A stretch of 64,000 nucleotides of DNA from Lingula anatina (Eukaryota; Animalia; Brachiopoda), in assembly GCA_051362555.1 (NCBI GenBank), contig CM120640.1, forward strand, positions 62,164,788 to 62,228,787, in the 5' to 3' direction. Position numbers and translations under genes: made by a program. Each line of letters starts with the position of its first letter. Within the stretch, counting starts at the first letter, position 1. This document shows positions 51,501 through 64,000 of this stretch, piece after piece. The notes beneath the pieces are model-generated. The model saw only the letters and a list, made by a program, of their open reading frames with translations. It was not told where the DNA came from and ran no database searches.

Positions 51501-54500
51501 ATTTTGTAAATAATTACCAAGTATTGTTAGAAATAATAATAATTGAGGCTGATTTGGCATTATATAAACCCTAATATTATTGAAACAGTATACAAACAGA
51601 CAACTTTTTCTTTCTAAACAACTAATTATTGGGAAAAGGTGACAACCAATTCAAAATGGAGCAATCATTCACGCTTGAATTTTTCTTTTCTTAAATAACT
51701 GATCAGAAGAGGCAGTGTAAACCTGTAAGAAAAGTATCGAATATATTACTTGGTTATCTGAAGCAAATTAGATGAAACTTGGTTTTAAGCAATTACATTA
51801 TGGCCTAATAGGAGTAGCAGTCGCATTGGGTACTCCCAATGCGCAAATCACAGACAGATAAATTGAGGCAAGAATGCAGAAAAAAGTTATTAGCCAGCGG
51901 TGTTGATATTTTGATTGGTTTAACCAAATACATGCAATTACCAAAATCATCCTTGCTTTTGCAATTTATAGTGAAATAAGATCATACGACATCGACTTGT
52001 GAAGAACGATGAAGTTAACAGAGAAAAGACACGAAAACGATTTCCTGGACATTTGCCGCAAAAAGAATTCCCCCCCCCCCCCAAAAAAAAAAATGGCAAA
52101 GCAGAGGCGACAACATAACACATACGGATTGTGGTAAACGAGGTGAGGGGCCTTGTAGTGCGCAGGTTATATTGAGGTGCTCGTAACAGGTATATTTACG
52201 ATAGCATCATGAAAACATGGGTTAAGTTAGATCACAATCACATATCTGGGGCTCGGAACAAACAGTAATTATGTTTATAAGGCTTGAGCTTTATTTATTT
52301 TTTGCATACTATGCACCACAGGTATTTTGTGTCCTGGCAACTTTTTTGTTATTCTACAATATCCAAAATTGGCTGTGACGCAAGAACAACGTTTTTGTTA
52401 CTTGCCAAAAATCGCAATTATATTGGTCTGCTGGTTTGTGCGTTTGGCATTGGTGAGTTTGCGGTCAACATTTTTTCGTCCTGGGGATAGAGGCCACGAT
52501 TTTAGATATTTTTGTTTCAACATTTTTGTAGATTGATAATAGTCTCAAGATGAACTGATGTGATTTTCATGAAAATCAGATTACAATTTGCAAAATTTTA
52601 TAGAGTATTTTAGAATTTCGATCTCTCATTCAAGATAGACGTGTGCGAAGAGAGAGTGCATGAAGTGTTAGACACAATAAAATTGATTGCACCTGTCATT
52701 TTTATGTAATTTAAGACAATCAATGAATACTATTGTAAACTGTTTACAGTACTTTGATATCAGAGTGATCCATAAGCAACTTCCACGGGCAACACATTCA
52801 TCATGCAACAAATGTAACACAACAGTTTTGGTACGTTTTCCGGAGATCAACTACTATCGACACGTTTATTTCTCTGGCTGAGACAGCATGGACAAACCAG
52901 CTATCAGAATACAAACTAGTCTCATATATACTATACATGAGATGAAGCACATAAGAAAATACCAAAGAGATATTGAATCCAATTAAGACACGTTTAATAC
53001 AGACCTTTAACACAATTAAACTGAGACTGATTTGAAACGAAACCGTGAAAGAAGTAACACAATCCTTTTACAACTGAGAGCATCCTTTAAAACTTGATTA
53101 CAGTTTTTTTTCTGATGAATAGAATACATTTACAGATTCATTTTTATTTAATCATTGGTAGTTTGGAATATTGCACATACTGTGCTGCTGGACCAAAGGA
53201 ATGCGTGTAATGAGTCGCATTTTCACATTACACAATAGAAAAATAATTTTAATGGACTTGATATGTATCTTCTAATATCACAAGGGTCTCAAGTATAGCC
53301 TGTTACAAAAGCGAAGAAGAGAGTTTTCAGCAATTTTGTACCAGATTTAGAGCGACCCGCGTGGTACGAGAGAGCAGCCCGGCCATAGGAGCCTGGGCAC
53401 GCATAATTTAGTAGACCACAAACATGCAAAAAACAGCACCATGCCAATTTTGCGAAAAACTGGGCCCCATAGATGCTTATATAGTTTGCAAGTCCTTGCT
53501 CTAGCAATTTCATTTATTTATTCATTTAATCATTTATTTGCAGTATTTATTTATTTATCCATCTAGCGGTGCTATTTCAAACACTCAATGCTTTATTGAC
53601 AGATTTTACAACACAAGGGAATTCACGTAAATCTTCATCCAAACTTGCCACTTGTCACTGCAGAAACATTTACGATCTTTTAAATGACGACATGCAGTAA
53701 TTACGATGTTGTAGAATCATGACGAGTTCTTTGTTTGGCTGGGACTTCCTTTTCCCCGCTTATTCTTTCTGCCAAAGCTGATACACTGATAAAATGTCAT
53801 GAAACTGAATTACATTGGTTTAATTTGACATAGTGGCTTATCACTGAAAGACAATGGGATCAAGATATCACTCTTATCTTACACCTTTCAAGTAATCTCG
53901 TTATCAAAGGAAAAAGAATGAAAGACGTACACCGTGGTTTAAAAAAGGTAAAGGACATGCTCAAACTGGGCAGTTAATTCAGATATATTAAATGGGGTTT
54001 CATTGGGCTACATCACATCCTTGAAAAGAGAAGAAAAAAAACTAAAATCTGTGATGATCTTTCACCGAGTAATTTTCATTCTAATAACGTAATAAGAAGA
54101 AATTGACAAACTGACAAAAATTGAGATAACTGCATATATATACCCGTTCCTGGGTTACTACTAGATTCCTCCTGACATGTACCGGTATAATAAAAATGGA
54201 ATGACAGGCTATTTTAATTATAAAAAGGCAGAAGGGAAATACTCGACTTCAAAAAGCTACGTGGTACTGACACAATTGAGCATTTACATAAAAAAAAACG
54301 TTCCTTTTGGTATCGATACAACTTATGAATCTTGAACAAGATGACTGCTGTCACTTTCTTGTCCCATTTGTCCTATTCCTACATGCGGATCAAGATGTGC
54401 CGAGCTTCTGAGTCAAACATTGCACCCACCGCTAAAGGTAAAAGGGGAATAAAACGTGTGGCGATACACAGAAATGAGTGGTAAGTAAAAGCCACACAGA

Positions 54501-54650
54501 GAGACCATACATCATTCACTTTAGTAGTCTGGCACCTTGCAAGATTCCCTAGTAAATCTAGTATGCTTCAGTCATAGTGTAGATTTAAGTGTAGGAAAAG
54601 GCGTCAATTGAGGGGAAAAGCTGAAAGTATGACCCGTGTTTTCAGTTGGT

Positions 54651-54681
<31 letters not shown>

Positions 54682-56614
54682 GGGGGGGGGGGCGGGGGGG
54701 GGCTGCGTTTAAAGAGCGCAAAAAAAAAAAACGAAATCGATTTACATTTAGGCTGGTAGTCGAGCGTAAAAATTGGTTTTGTGTTAGTGTCAGTTCCCAA
54801 GTGGCAGTATAATCGGCTTTTAGTGCTTATGCAATCAGCATAATATTGGGGAAATAAGTGAAATGTACGATATGCAGCCGGCAGGTAGGTAGGTGGGCCA
54901 CGCTGTTGGTGCTCACGTACTAAATAGGGCTAAAAGGAAGGTTGTGGCAAAATATTACCCTATAATTTAACAAATAAAAATCTCCAATGTGACAATTTTT
55001 TTGTTTGTTTTTTTCTAAGTCGCATTTATGTACATATACACAAACAGGCTATACCGGTATAGTCGGTAAGATAAGGATTGAGGATTGGTATAATTTTATC
55101 GGTATTGTGCGAGTCCAAATGTGACGTCGTTCTACAACGAGTGGAATTTGAGATTAAGATTCTATCGGGATTATCAAAGATAACCATCCAAAGTTACCCT
55201 TGGCCCCATGATGCCAGTCACAGGTGTAAGACCAGAACAGAGCCTCTCGGTGCCACAATACAACCCCGAGACTGAACTTGAACATAAGACAACATCGTAG
55301 CAAGCGTGTTTACTTATAATGTTGTTACTGCGTGACGGCATATCGTCCATTTCACTTCAGTCAGTTGAGTCGTCTGCACCTTTCATCAAAATCGTCGTTT
55401 AACGTTAAGGAAACACCCAGTAGCCCGTCGTTTTATCTTTTTAATTCTCTCTTAAACACTCGACTTTGATCACAATGATTGACTGATGGCTGGCATTTAA
55501 TGTAGGAACACAAAAAAAGGAAATAGCTTCCTACTTGCGACTAAAACCAGAAAAGACCTTACTGGATAATTGACAGTCATTTAAAACGAATATACCTTCT
55601 CTTGTTTTGAAATGACACATTTTACTGGCGCAATCCCGACTGTAAGATAACTTATCAGTATACTCTTCCCTTTTGAACAGTTGTTAATTAAATTACAAAG
55701 CAATATGCTATTTTAAAGAGAATGACGGATATAATTTGACTAAGACACTTCCATAAATTGCCAACACAGCAATAACAATATATTGCAGTTTGCCTCTCTC
55801 CTTCCTCCAGCCTGTAACTAGAAGTTAAGTCATTTTTCATTAAATGCGTTACCTGCCGTTTGTGGTTCTGTCGATTTTCATACAAAGTGATTGTATACAA
55901 ACGACATAATCGGACGCTATACCTAAAAACTTAAACGACGATTCAGTTTCGATACTACTTCCTAGGCTTGAAACAATCGATTCTAAATGTCAATCAGCAT
56001 TAAGCAGGAACAGACTTACAAATCTTGGGTAATTTCTTTCAAAGGCGAATTCACCGCCGACTTCTTCCTGTTCATCAGAAAGCCATTACACAAGGATTGC
56101 CAATGACGTGAATCAATCTCAAAAGGGTTTGCTTTAGCTAGTTAGTATTTCGCTCCAAATCGCGGGAAATTGCCAGGCCTACGCATCATTTGGGGCTGCG
56201 TTACACCAGCGTCTCAATTGAATGAGGACAATGGGTGCCAGTTGGCATCCTTGATACCATTTTGAAGATACAGTGATCACGGAGACACATTGCAAGCATG
56301 ATTATACGAAACAAATATACAATAAAATCGTTAGTTATCGGTGCTACCCAGCAGCTGTCGGTGTAAGTTGTATAAAATATCCATCAAAGCGACCAAACTT
56401 AACTTTCTCAAACTAATTCATAGGACTTTCTTCGAAGTTAGCGGTCCCTAGATTGAAAATTTTGTATGAAGAGCTTAGCGACGCTGACAAGATGTTACCC
56501 CTCCATCCCTCAGTAATAACGCCTCAGTGACCACTAGTTGTGTGATCTTGTCAATTAGTAGATGCATAATGATCATCAACACCCAGAATTAGAAATCGTT
56601 ATTCAGAATAAAAT

Positions 56615-56620
56615 TTTATT
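56615..56620 (-). terminator. Candidate poly(A) signal of GLRX3
   Basis: AATAAA on the minus strand about 475 nt after the stop codon, at the edge of the CpG-poor zone. Confidence 0.5.
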
Positions 56621-57093
56621 CCAAGATTATCAGCACCATTACTCCGTTTAAGTATAAGGAAAATACAAAGTTACGGCAATGACCGTAGCGGTGTGTTAGT
56701 GAAGCAATGCACTGCTGTAGTAATTTTGTTTTTCAACTTATAAAATGAAAATACAAAAACATATAATCAAATACAAAGTGTTTTCCCCACTCCATTCATA
56801 ATTCCAAAGCAGAAATACGTCCTTTGACTTTAAATTACATGACAATTGTCACGTTAAGAATGGACCACCATTTAAATAATGGCCCAAGATATATTTAATG
56901 ACATACATGTCTCAGTGGGTCAATGCATGTTAAAACCATGACTTTCCTAAAACTGACTTAATCTAAACCAAGTTTCAACCACATACTGAGTTTTAACCAG
57001 GTGAGGTCTAGTATAGGTTAAGCCCATGCTCTTGATGTAACATCTGTCTTTAATGCTTTTTCTCCATCTCAGGTATTCTGTGACTTCCATGCA

Positions 57094-57138
57094 TCAACCT
57101 TGCAGAGTGCTCTCTAGTTCCCCAGATTCTTTTAGTTC
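57094..57138 (-). CDS. GLRX3: GLRX3 exon 10
   Basis: aatAG|[14 protein letters not shown]. Confidence 0.9.
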   Translation of the reverse strand, partial: ELKESGELESTLQG

Positions 57139-60100
57139 CTATTAAAAGACAAAGATTAAATCAAAATAAATACTGTAACAGTCACATTACGTCTTTAGGC
57201 CAATTATGAAAAAGTGCTTTGTGTGTAATTAAAAGAACAGCTTGTGGAATTTTTATAGTCTTATATCTTCCTATTTTCTTCTCCAGGTCTGTGCTTGATC
57301 CTAAGTAAATGCAAGTAACTGTTCATAGGCCTTACGCAACAAATTGGTCCCTTTTAACACACAAAATTCAAACTGTGCAACATTTCTGTTAAAAATAGAA
57401 ATATACAAAAACAGAATCATACTCATTGTAGCATATGCTACCAAGCGAGTAAGAATAATCCACAATTATAATTATACTACTATATAATATATATTGCTCT
57501 GCAGCATAATGAATTTTCATTTCATCTACAACTTAACAATGTACATTGAACTTTATTTATAATTCACCATTAAAAGCTACCAAATAAAAAAACTCAACAT
57601 TAACCATTGTTTTGTTTTTATTCCAAACAAGTCTACAATATAATGAATGAGGTCTTTTTCTATATCACTAACATCTGATGACTATGAAGAGGTATGGAAC
57701 GGCTACTAAATATCTTTTAGCTGAAAAGGTTTTACCTTTACAATATCCAAACCCCCAATAAGTTCTCCATTGACATAAAGTTGTGGGTAAGTTGGCCATT
57801 CTGAGTACTTCTTCAGTCCTTGTCTTACTGCTTCATCCTCCAAGATGTCAAATGTACTGTATTTTACCCTGTACATAAAACAAAAGATTAACATATCTCA
57901 TTCAATTTTAAAATATTCTCCAAATTCTGAAAATAATTAAAAATTCATAAATAAGCCAGTTAATATTCACTGGTCCAAGTTTAAACGAAGTTAATTACTT
58001 ATGGTAAAATGAAAAAAATCTTATAAAGACCAAGTCAATTCATGTCCACGTTATTTATGCATTATAAGTGCAGTTGATCCTGAACAGATACAACTGTGTA
58101 TAATAAATGAAGAAAAAGCACTGCTTTTTCTTAAACAGCAGATTTACAAACTACTGGCTCATAGAGGAGGCCCCTCTGTAAGTTTGTATAATACCTGGCT
58201 CATTCCCAAAGTTCATTGACATAAACAACTCTCATTTATTTACACATAAAACTTTTACCAGGCATGTCAAGTATTAGAGGAACACAGGTTTCTTCCACAA
58301 TCAAAGACACTAATTGGAGGTTTTTTTAAGAGATTAAAACATATTACTCTTTTTTATCTAAATATCTCTCAGCTGAAAAGGGACACAGTATGAACCTGAA
58401 GTTCTAGCTTAAACTATCTGAAGTGTCTTTCAAACTCCAAAGTAAATATTTACACAGCTAAGGTCAAACTTTTTTTTTTTTTGCTTTATTTGTCTGGTAT
58501 TTGTCCGAATTTTATAAAATTCAATCTAAGAGTAATCAGTTTCATTTCAGACACACAATGAAGCTGGAGAATGTAACTTTCAGTCTACCAATGTATCAAA
58601 CAAAGTACTTTTTTAATATTTCCTTTTTGGACAATAAGCAACGTTAACAGGAATTCAGTGGAAAAATTACCACAGGCATACATCATAATATTAACGTTAA
58701 CTTATGATGGAACTTTTAAAAATGCACACATTAAATGTAAGATACTGGTTTGGACAAACTCTGGCTTATATTCTTTGAGAATATAAATCCCAGTGACTTA
58801 AAATTGTAATTTCAGATGATTGAAATGTTTCATCTGACACAATAAAGCAAATCTTTCAATTAATCTGATGACCACGATTCCAGATCAGTCACTGACTGCA
58901 GCATTTTATGCACAAGTTAAGCTGAAATTAAATGTAGCTTTCAATAAAAGTTCCTTACACTTGTAAACTAAAATTATTTGTAAAATAAGAACAGTTTTTA
59001 TAAGTTTTTTTAAAGAGACGCCAATATGAGACTGCAGACTTCAATCCAATACTTACCCTGCATCCTGCAGTACAGCAATCATCTGCTTGCTGAAACCACA
59101 TCTTGGCTGCTCCCTGTTCCCTTTCATGAACAGCATTATTTTGTCTTTATTTATTAATTTTTTTAACCTGGAAGGGGCATGAGGTAGCCATTACAGAAAA
59201 AGCAAGACCTTGTGTTTTTTTTTTTCATAGTGAAAGGAACCAGTCCATTATTTTATCTAACGCTTTGTTTCCTTTATATAACACATAGTAGGCGCTATGT
59301 AAGTATTTTTTAGCAAATCTTGAAATCAAATCACTAATTTTATTTCTCTAACAGTTTTCTTAGAGCACAGTTAACTGAGCCCTATCATACAACAGCTGAA
59401 AAATAAAGCATGTCCACCGACTCTCAGACAGCAATAACTTGATTGTCAGCATTAAGTTACAATTTTTTCTTTGGGTCAGCTGCAGTGGCACAAATAAAAT
59501 CAACATAACTGTTGGCATAATTTGTAAATGTTTAAAACAATTGTAACCAATCTAACCTGTCTTCCAATTTCTCCGCCTTAGGAAGCTGACTCTCTAATTC
59601 CCCCGTCTCAACCAATTCTTTGACAATATCAAGGCCTCCTAACAGTTCTCCATTGGCATATAGCTGAGGATATGTTGGCCAGTCAGAAAAAGTTTTCAGT
59701 TCTAAATATATGGAAATATTTCAATATTAAATTTGAGAACAAATGAGTTAGACATTTATATCAATTCATCTTTGTTCGATCGTTTACTATCGGTAGCTAT
59801 TCCATTCCACTGGAGCTGCTGACCTAAAAAGAGTGTTCTTACACACACTGATACCTTTTGGCTAGGTGCTGGCTGATAAAAAAAAAACCATAACACCAAA
59901 CGGTGAAAATTTCAACAACCCATACTTTGGTATGGCAGTTTATGTAAGTATGCAACATAAAATTTCATGCACCTTGGTTTATTATCTTTATCTATTTGAT
60001 TATAAACCCAAACATGCATGAATACTTTATAATCTGTATGAGACTAGAATACACATATATATGTACCTTGCCTTACTGTTTGATCAGACAAAATGTCAAA

Positions 60101-62840
60101 GGTACTGTACTGCACTCCATGTTGATTTAAAATGTCCACTATCTGTCTGCTGAAGCCTATAATATAAACAGCAACCATAAGACAGCATGTGCATTAAAAA
60201 TAACCCTGTAAAAAGTGTCTGTTGAAAAATTGATTGGTAAATTGAAATTCTAGCAATAGCTTAGTCTGAGCAAAACTTGAAATGTATCCAGCCAATCACC
60301 TGATATTCCACACATAAGACAAAAGTTAACTTGAAGTAAATGACAATCAATAGTTATCATGAGTCATAAGACAAAATTATAATATACAGTTCAAGTAGCA
60401 GATCATTAGCAACAGAACCCACCACATCTTGGCTCTTGTGGATTGCCCTTCATAAACAACATCACTGGAGCCGCATTGATCAACTTCCGTAGCCGAACTG
60501 TTATGTCCTACAATGAGAGTTCACTAATCATCAATAAAATGTCTATCAATGTTATCATATGCAAGCCCTTCATCTCTTCATAAAAAAGAATGTGAGCAAC
60601 CATAATTATAACACCAAAGCCTTTAAAAGAGTGAAACAAAAATGTTAAAGTCATGCTAATGAGCAACCATCAAACAAGAATACTACATTCATAATAATTC
60701 AGAGTTACCAAAATTTTGATTAAAACCACCTTCTCATGAAATAAAATTATGATCACCCTGTCCTTCTACCACATAAGCCCAGATACAAAACTGACTACAT
60801 ATGTGGCAGCTGTTACCTCTTCTGGAGCAGGTAATGCTGTAGCTGCGACTGAAGCATGGTGCTCTACTTTTTTGGTCAATTCTGGAGCATTGGCACCATT
60901 GAGTCGGTCTACTTCTTTCTTGCCCTACACAATAAGAGTTTACATAATAACCACCCACTAATTTTAAAAGCATTTCTTATTGAGTATACATAAGATTTAA
61001 TAAACACATGCATAATTAACTGAAATGTTCAGCAGTATATCTGACTATCACTAAGCTATTTTGTATGTTGCTATTTATGTAAACCTTAAAAATACCACTG
61101 TTTAAAGAACATATAAAAAAGTTTAATTAACTTTGAATAAAACAAATTGGCACATAGCGACTCTGGTAAGAAAAAGGACAAGTGGTGAAGAGATGAAATA
61201 CTTAAAAAATGCTAAAACATAAACATACTCTTAAAAAAACAAATACTGGAACAGCTGATATTCCAAACTTCTCAGACACTTCTGGTGCTGATTCTGCCTC
61301 CAACTGGAATAATAATTTTCAATATAATTTCTAAAATTAATTTGAAAAAAAAAATTAAATAAAAACTTTGTATAATGTAGATTGAAATGCAAGTTTCATT
61401 TATTAAGATAGATTAACAGGGTTTCTATTAGCTTTTCATACAGTCAAAAATTGAAACCATGAAGTCATTTCTAAGCCATAGACATTAGTGTAATTGCACT
61501 TACTTCAATTACATTTCATTTACAAGTTCTATTTACCTTTACAAATCTGACATTTATAAACCTGGTATCCTTTGTTAATTCATCCAGGACATCATTCATC
61601 TGTTTGCACTGTGGGGCCCAGTCAGCACTAAAGTGGACCACAACCAGACTGCTGAAATGACATAAACACATTGTTTACCGACTTCAACTACATGTACATA
61701 TGCATTATTGAATAGATCTTACATTAGTACAGTGCAATGCAATTATCCTGTTTGAGTTTTTACAACCATAAACGTGTTTTATTTCACTGTAATGGAAACT
61801 ATGTTTTCATTAATCATGACAAAATGCAATACAAAATGCAAATCAAAATGCAAATGAATGCTAAATGCACAACTTCATCCATGTTTATTATTTAGCTTTT
61901 GGGTAAGTACATAAGATGTCATTAAATTGCAAATTTTAGAAGATTAACTGGCAAGGTTATATTCAGGAATTGACAGACTTGCAACTAAATTTCTTCCGCA
62001 AGTATCAACCTTTCTTTACGTGAGGACGGCGATAATTTCTCTACCAGTATGTCCTTGCACTGTTACTCCACCACATCATTATTCCCCCTAACAACATTAT
62101 TACATTACTTGGCATCCTTCCCCTCCCTCCCCTCCCCTAATAAGAAATCTTATAACTTTCAAGTCCTGATATTAACAATTAACTTTTAATTCATGTTTTA
62201 CGTATTGCATTTTAAGGAGTATTTGCATTTGTGAAGAGTAACACTGTAGGGGAGTAGTGGTGTGGGGGAGTACTACATGTAGTAAATGGGGCCGTGGCAA
62301 TAGTCCGAAGGTTCAGTAGTCTGAAGGTTCATTGGTCCAAATGTTAACTAAAAAACCTTCAGCCCAACGAACCCTTGATTGAAAACCAGTGAAACGGTTA
62401 CAATTTCAGACCAATGAACCTTTATACTCAAGGAAAAAATATATGCGTTCACCTCTATTATTTGTAATTTTCTTTACATAACGAATTGCCCTTTTTTATC
62501 AAAATATGGCCCGATTCTCAAAACACAATACTAAGAAGCTGCTACATAAATTTTCATGTTGGTAAAAACTGTTGTACAGCGGAAGTTTATGCTTGCTCAG
62601 CAGTTATGTAGTACAAATATGCGTGACACTGACGGGGGGGGGCGCTGGGCAGGTCGCTCTTTTCATTGACGTCAATCTGGATTTTCTACCATAAAAAAAC
62701 ACTTACAGATAATCATAACAACCTGAAAGATAAGGCAAGCACGTAGCCAAACATTGAGCATCAGACACTTACTTTCCAGTCGTATCAATGAATTTTTCGA
62801 AATCTTCTGAAGACGTGATGTCAACACTGGAGGCTGCCAT
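57094..62840 (-). CDS. GLRX3: Glutaredoxin-3 (PICOT): Trx-like domain plus two monothiol CGFS Grx domains, 10 exons, 324 aa (whole gene)
   Basis: Join(-) 62840-62773, 61651-61537, 61303-61229, 60924-60817, 60507-60423, 60156-60067, 59701-59557, 59167-59057, 57868-57736, 57138-57094 = 975 nt, all GT-AG and phase-consistent. Motifs: WAPQC, and LFMKG..PRCGFS and [19 protein letters not shown], each twice. Confidence 0.96.
57736..57868 (-). CDS. GLRX3: GLRX3 exon 9
   Basis: [44 protein letters not shown]|GTAAAA. Confidence 0.95.
59057..59167 (-). CDS. GLRX3: GLRX3 exon 8
   Basis: [36 protein letters not shown]|GTAAGT. Confidence 0.95.
59557..59701 (-). CDS. GLRX3: GLRX3 exon 7
   Basis: [47 protein letters not shown]. 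Confidence 0.95.
60067..60156 (-). CDS. GLRX3: GLRX3 exon 6
   Basis: [29 protein letters not shown]. Confidence 0.94.
60423..60507 (-). CDS. GLRX3: GLRX3 exon 5
   Basis: [28 protein letters not shown](G). Confidence 0.94.
60817..60924 (-). CDS. GLRX3: GLRX3 exon 4
   Basis: [36 protein letters not shown]. Confidence 0.92.
61229..61303 (-). CDS. GLRX3: GLRX3 exon 3
   Basis: [25 protein letters not shown]. Confidence 0.92.
61537..61651 (-). CDS. GLRX3: GLRX3 exon 2
   Basis: [38 protein letters not shown]. Confidence 0.95.
62299..62422. mobile_element. Remnant of a MITE with 16-bp subterminal repeats in GLRX3 intron 1
   Basis: Tandem AATAGTCCGAAGGTTC / AGTAGTCTGAAGGTTC / ATTGGTCC, followed by inverted copies AACCTTCAGCCCAACGAACC (62354-62373) and TTCAGACCAATGAACCTT (62405-62422). 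Confidence 0.55.
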
Positions 62841-62960
62841 ATTGGGTGGAAAATAAAAGAAGGATTTGTCTAAAGTAAGGAACGAGCTGTAATTTTTTTT
62901 AACAACTCGCGAAAAAAAAAGAATCCAAAAAGCATTTATATAATTGGTCCACGTGAATAA
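62620..62960 (-). promoter_or_regulatory. CpG-retaining promoter/first-intron region of GLRX3
   Basis: Palindromic CRE ATTGACGTCAAT (62665-62676), YY1-like AATATGGCAGC over the ATG, CTCGCGA (62906-62912) and CACGTG (about 62950). CpGs are locally frequent between CpG-poor flanks. Confidence 0.5.
62773..62840 (-). CDS. GLRX3: GLRX3 exon 1
   Basis: AATATGGCAGCC start context, [22 protein letters not shown], donor AA|GTAAGT; phase 2 joins exon 2. Confidence 0.88.
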
Positions 62961-64000
62961 ACTCTGAATGCCAATACATGATGAGAACTTTTATTCTTTC
63001 AAAAGGAACCCAGATGGCTTAAAAAATGTATGTGCATTGCAAATGTAATTTTGCACTTGGTTAATGGATAAAATGAAGATAATTATTGTCTACATCACTC
63101 ATTCCTTGTCTACATCAGAAACAGCAACATACACTTAAAATGTGCAAGGGTATGGTTGTGTTTGGGGGTAGTAGGTACTGCACATAGGTTCAGCCTTCTG
63201 GTACATTTGATTATTGTTATGTATACAGAGACTCAGAGAATACTGTACCTGTAGCATTTGCTAACTGCTGTCATTAGGTTTGTTGCATCCACAGCTGGAT
63301 TGCAAAAAGTCAAAATTTCTTTGATTACATATCCAATAAATCTATTTATTTTTCCCAATTCAGACCTTAAAACAATAAAACCCCTCAAGCTAATTTAAAA
63401 ATGGTACAAAGCATTACATTGTAGATCCAAGTGCTGGGAAAGATCAAGCAATGATTCTTGAGTAGAAAATACTTTTTCAGGAAAAATCCTAGGGAAGTAC
63501 GCTGTTTTCAATCCCTTGCATGTGTGTTCTAATTGCATATGTGGAATATTAATTTGATTTTTTTGACATTTTTAAACATTACATCAACATGAAAAATAAA
63601 TAAAAGCATTTATTCTCCCAAGGTGGAATATACACTGTATAAATATAAAATCATTTATAGTGTAAGTTCTTCAATTTTTTTTATGTAAATTAAATTGTAT
63701 GTGTGGTCACTTTTTAGGTTTCTCTTCACATACTGCTGTATTATCTTTAAACATTCAACACCAGGAAGCTAAACAATAAAACCATGAAGAAAATTATTGG
63801 ACTTTGTCCATGATGAGACTTAAATGTATTTTACTGCATTATCTTCTCTCAAATTGCCCCCCAAAATCTACATAATACCTTTATATAATAATATAAAAAA
63901 CTCTCATTTTACTTTTCAAATAATCACAAACTGAATTACAGGTGAGACCTCCAGTAAACTGTTTGACTGTCCAATATTTTAATTTTATCAAACATGGCCT

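Noticed and set aside
51234-51560. ORFs with YIYIYI runs (likewise the CVCVCV and RERERE ORFs elsewhere)
   Set aside because: Translations of microsatellites.
1-64000. CRISPR arrays, rRNA, tRNA or prokaryotic operons
   Set aside because: None seen. The DNA is spliceosomal-intron-containing animal sequence, and the periodic repeats lack constant repeat/unique spacer structure.

Overview
AT-rich, intron-containing invertebrate animal DNA, most likely lophotrochozoan (mollusc-like, inferred from the conopressin-type nonapeptide and the octopamine receptor). Four protein-coding genes can be reconstructed by hand. (1) The last coding exon of an ADP-dependent glucokinase (+, 469-1038). (2) A complete vasopressin/oxytocin-family (conopressin-like) prepropeptide gene (+, about 16.1-20.3 kb), largely missed by the ORF track, predicting the amidated nonapeptide CFIRNCPSG-NH2 (Ser8), a 14-Cys neurophysin and a copeptin-like tail. 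(3) An intronless 603-aa alpha-adrenergic-like octopamine receptor (+, 48699-50510). (4) A 10-exon glutaredoxin-3/PICOT gene (-, 62840-57094, 324 aa). The rest is non-coding, with several MITE/foldback-type elements and microsatellites. The most interesting signals are the Ser8 nonapeptide, the vasopressin-amine receptor-GLRX3 neighbourhood (which echoes the vertebrate 20p13/10q26 paralogon), a Cys-to-Ser change at receptor position 3.36, and a visible CpG mosaic.
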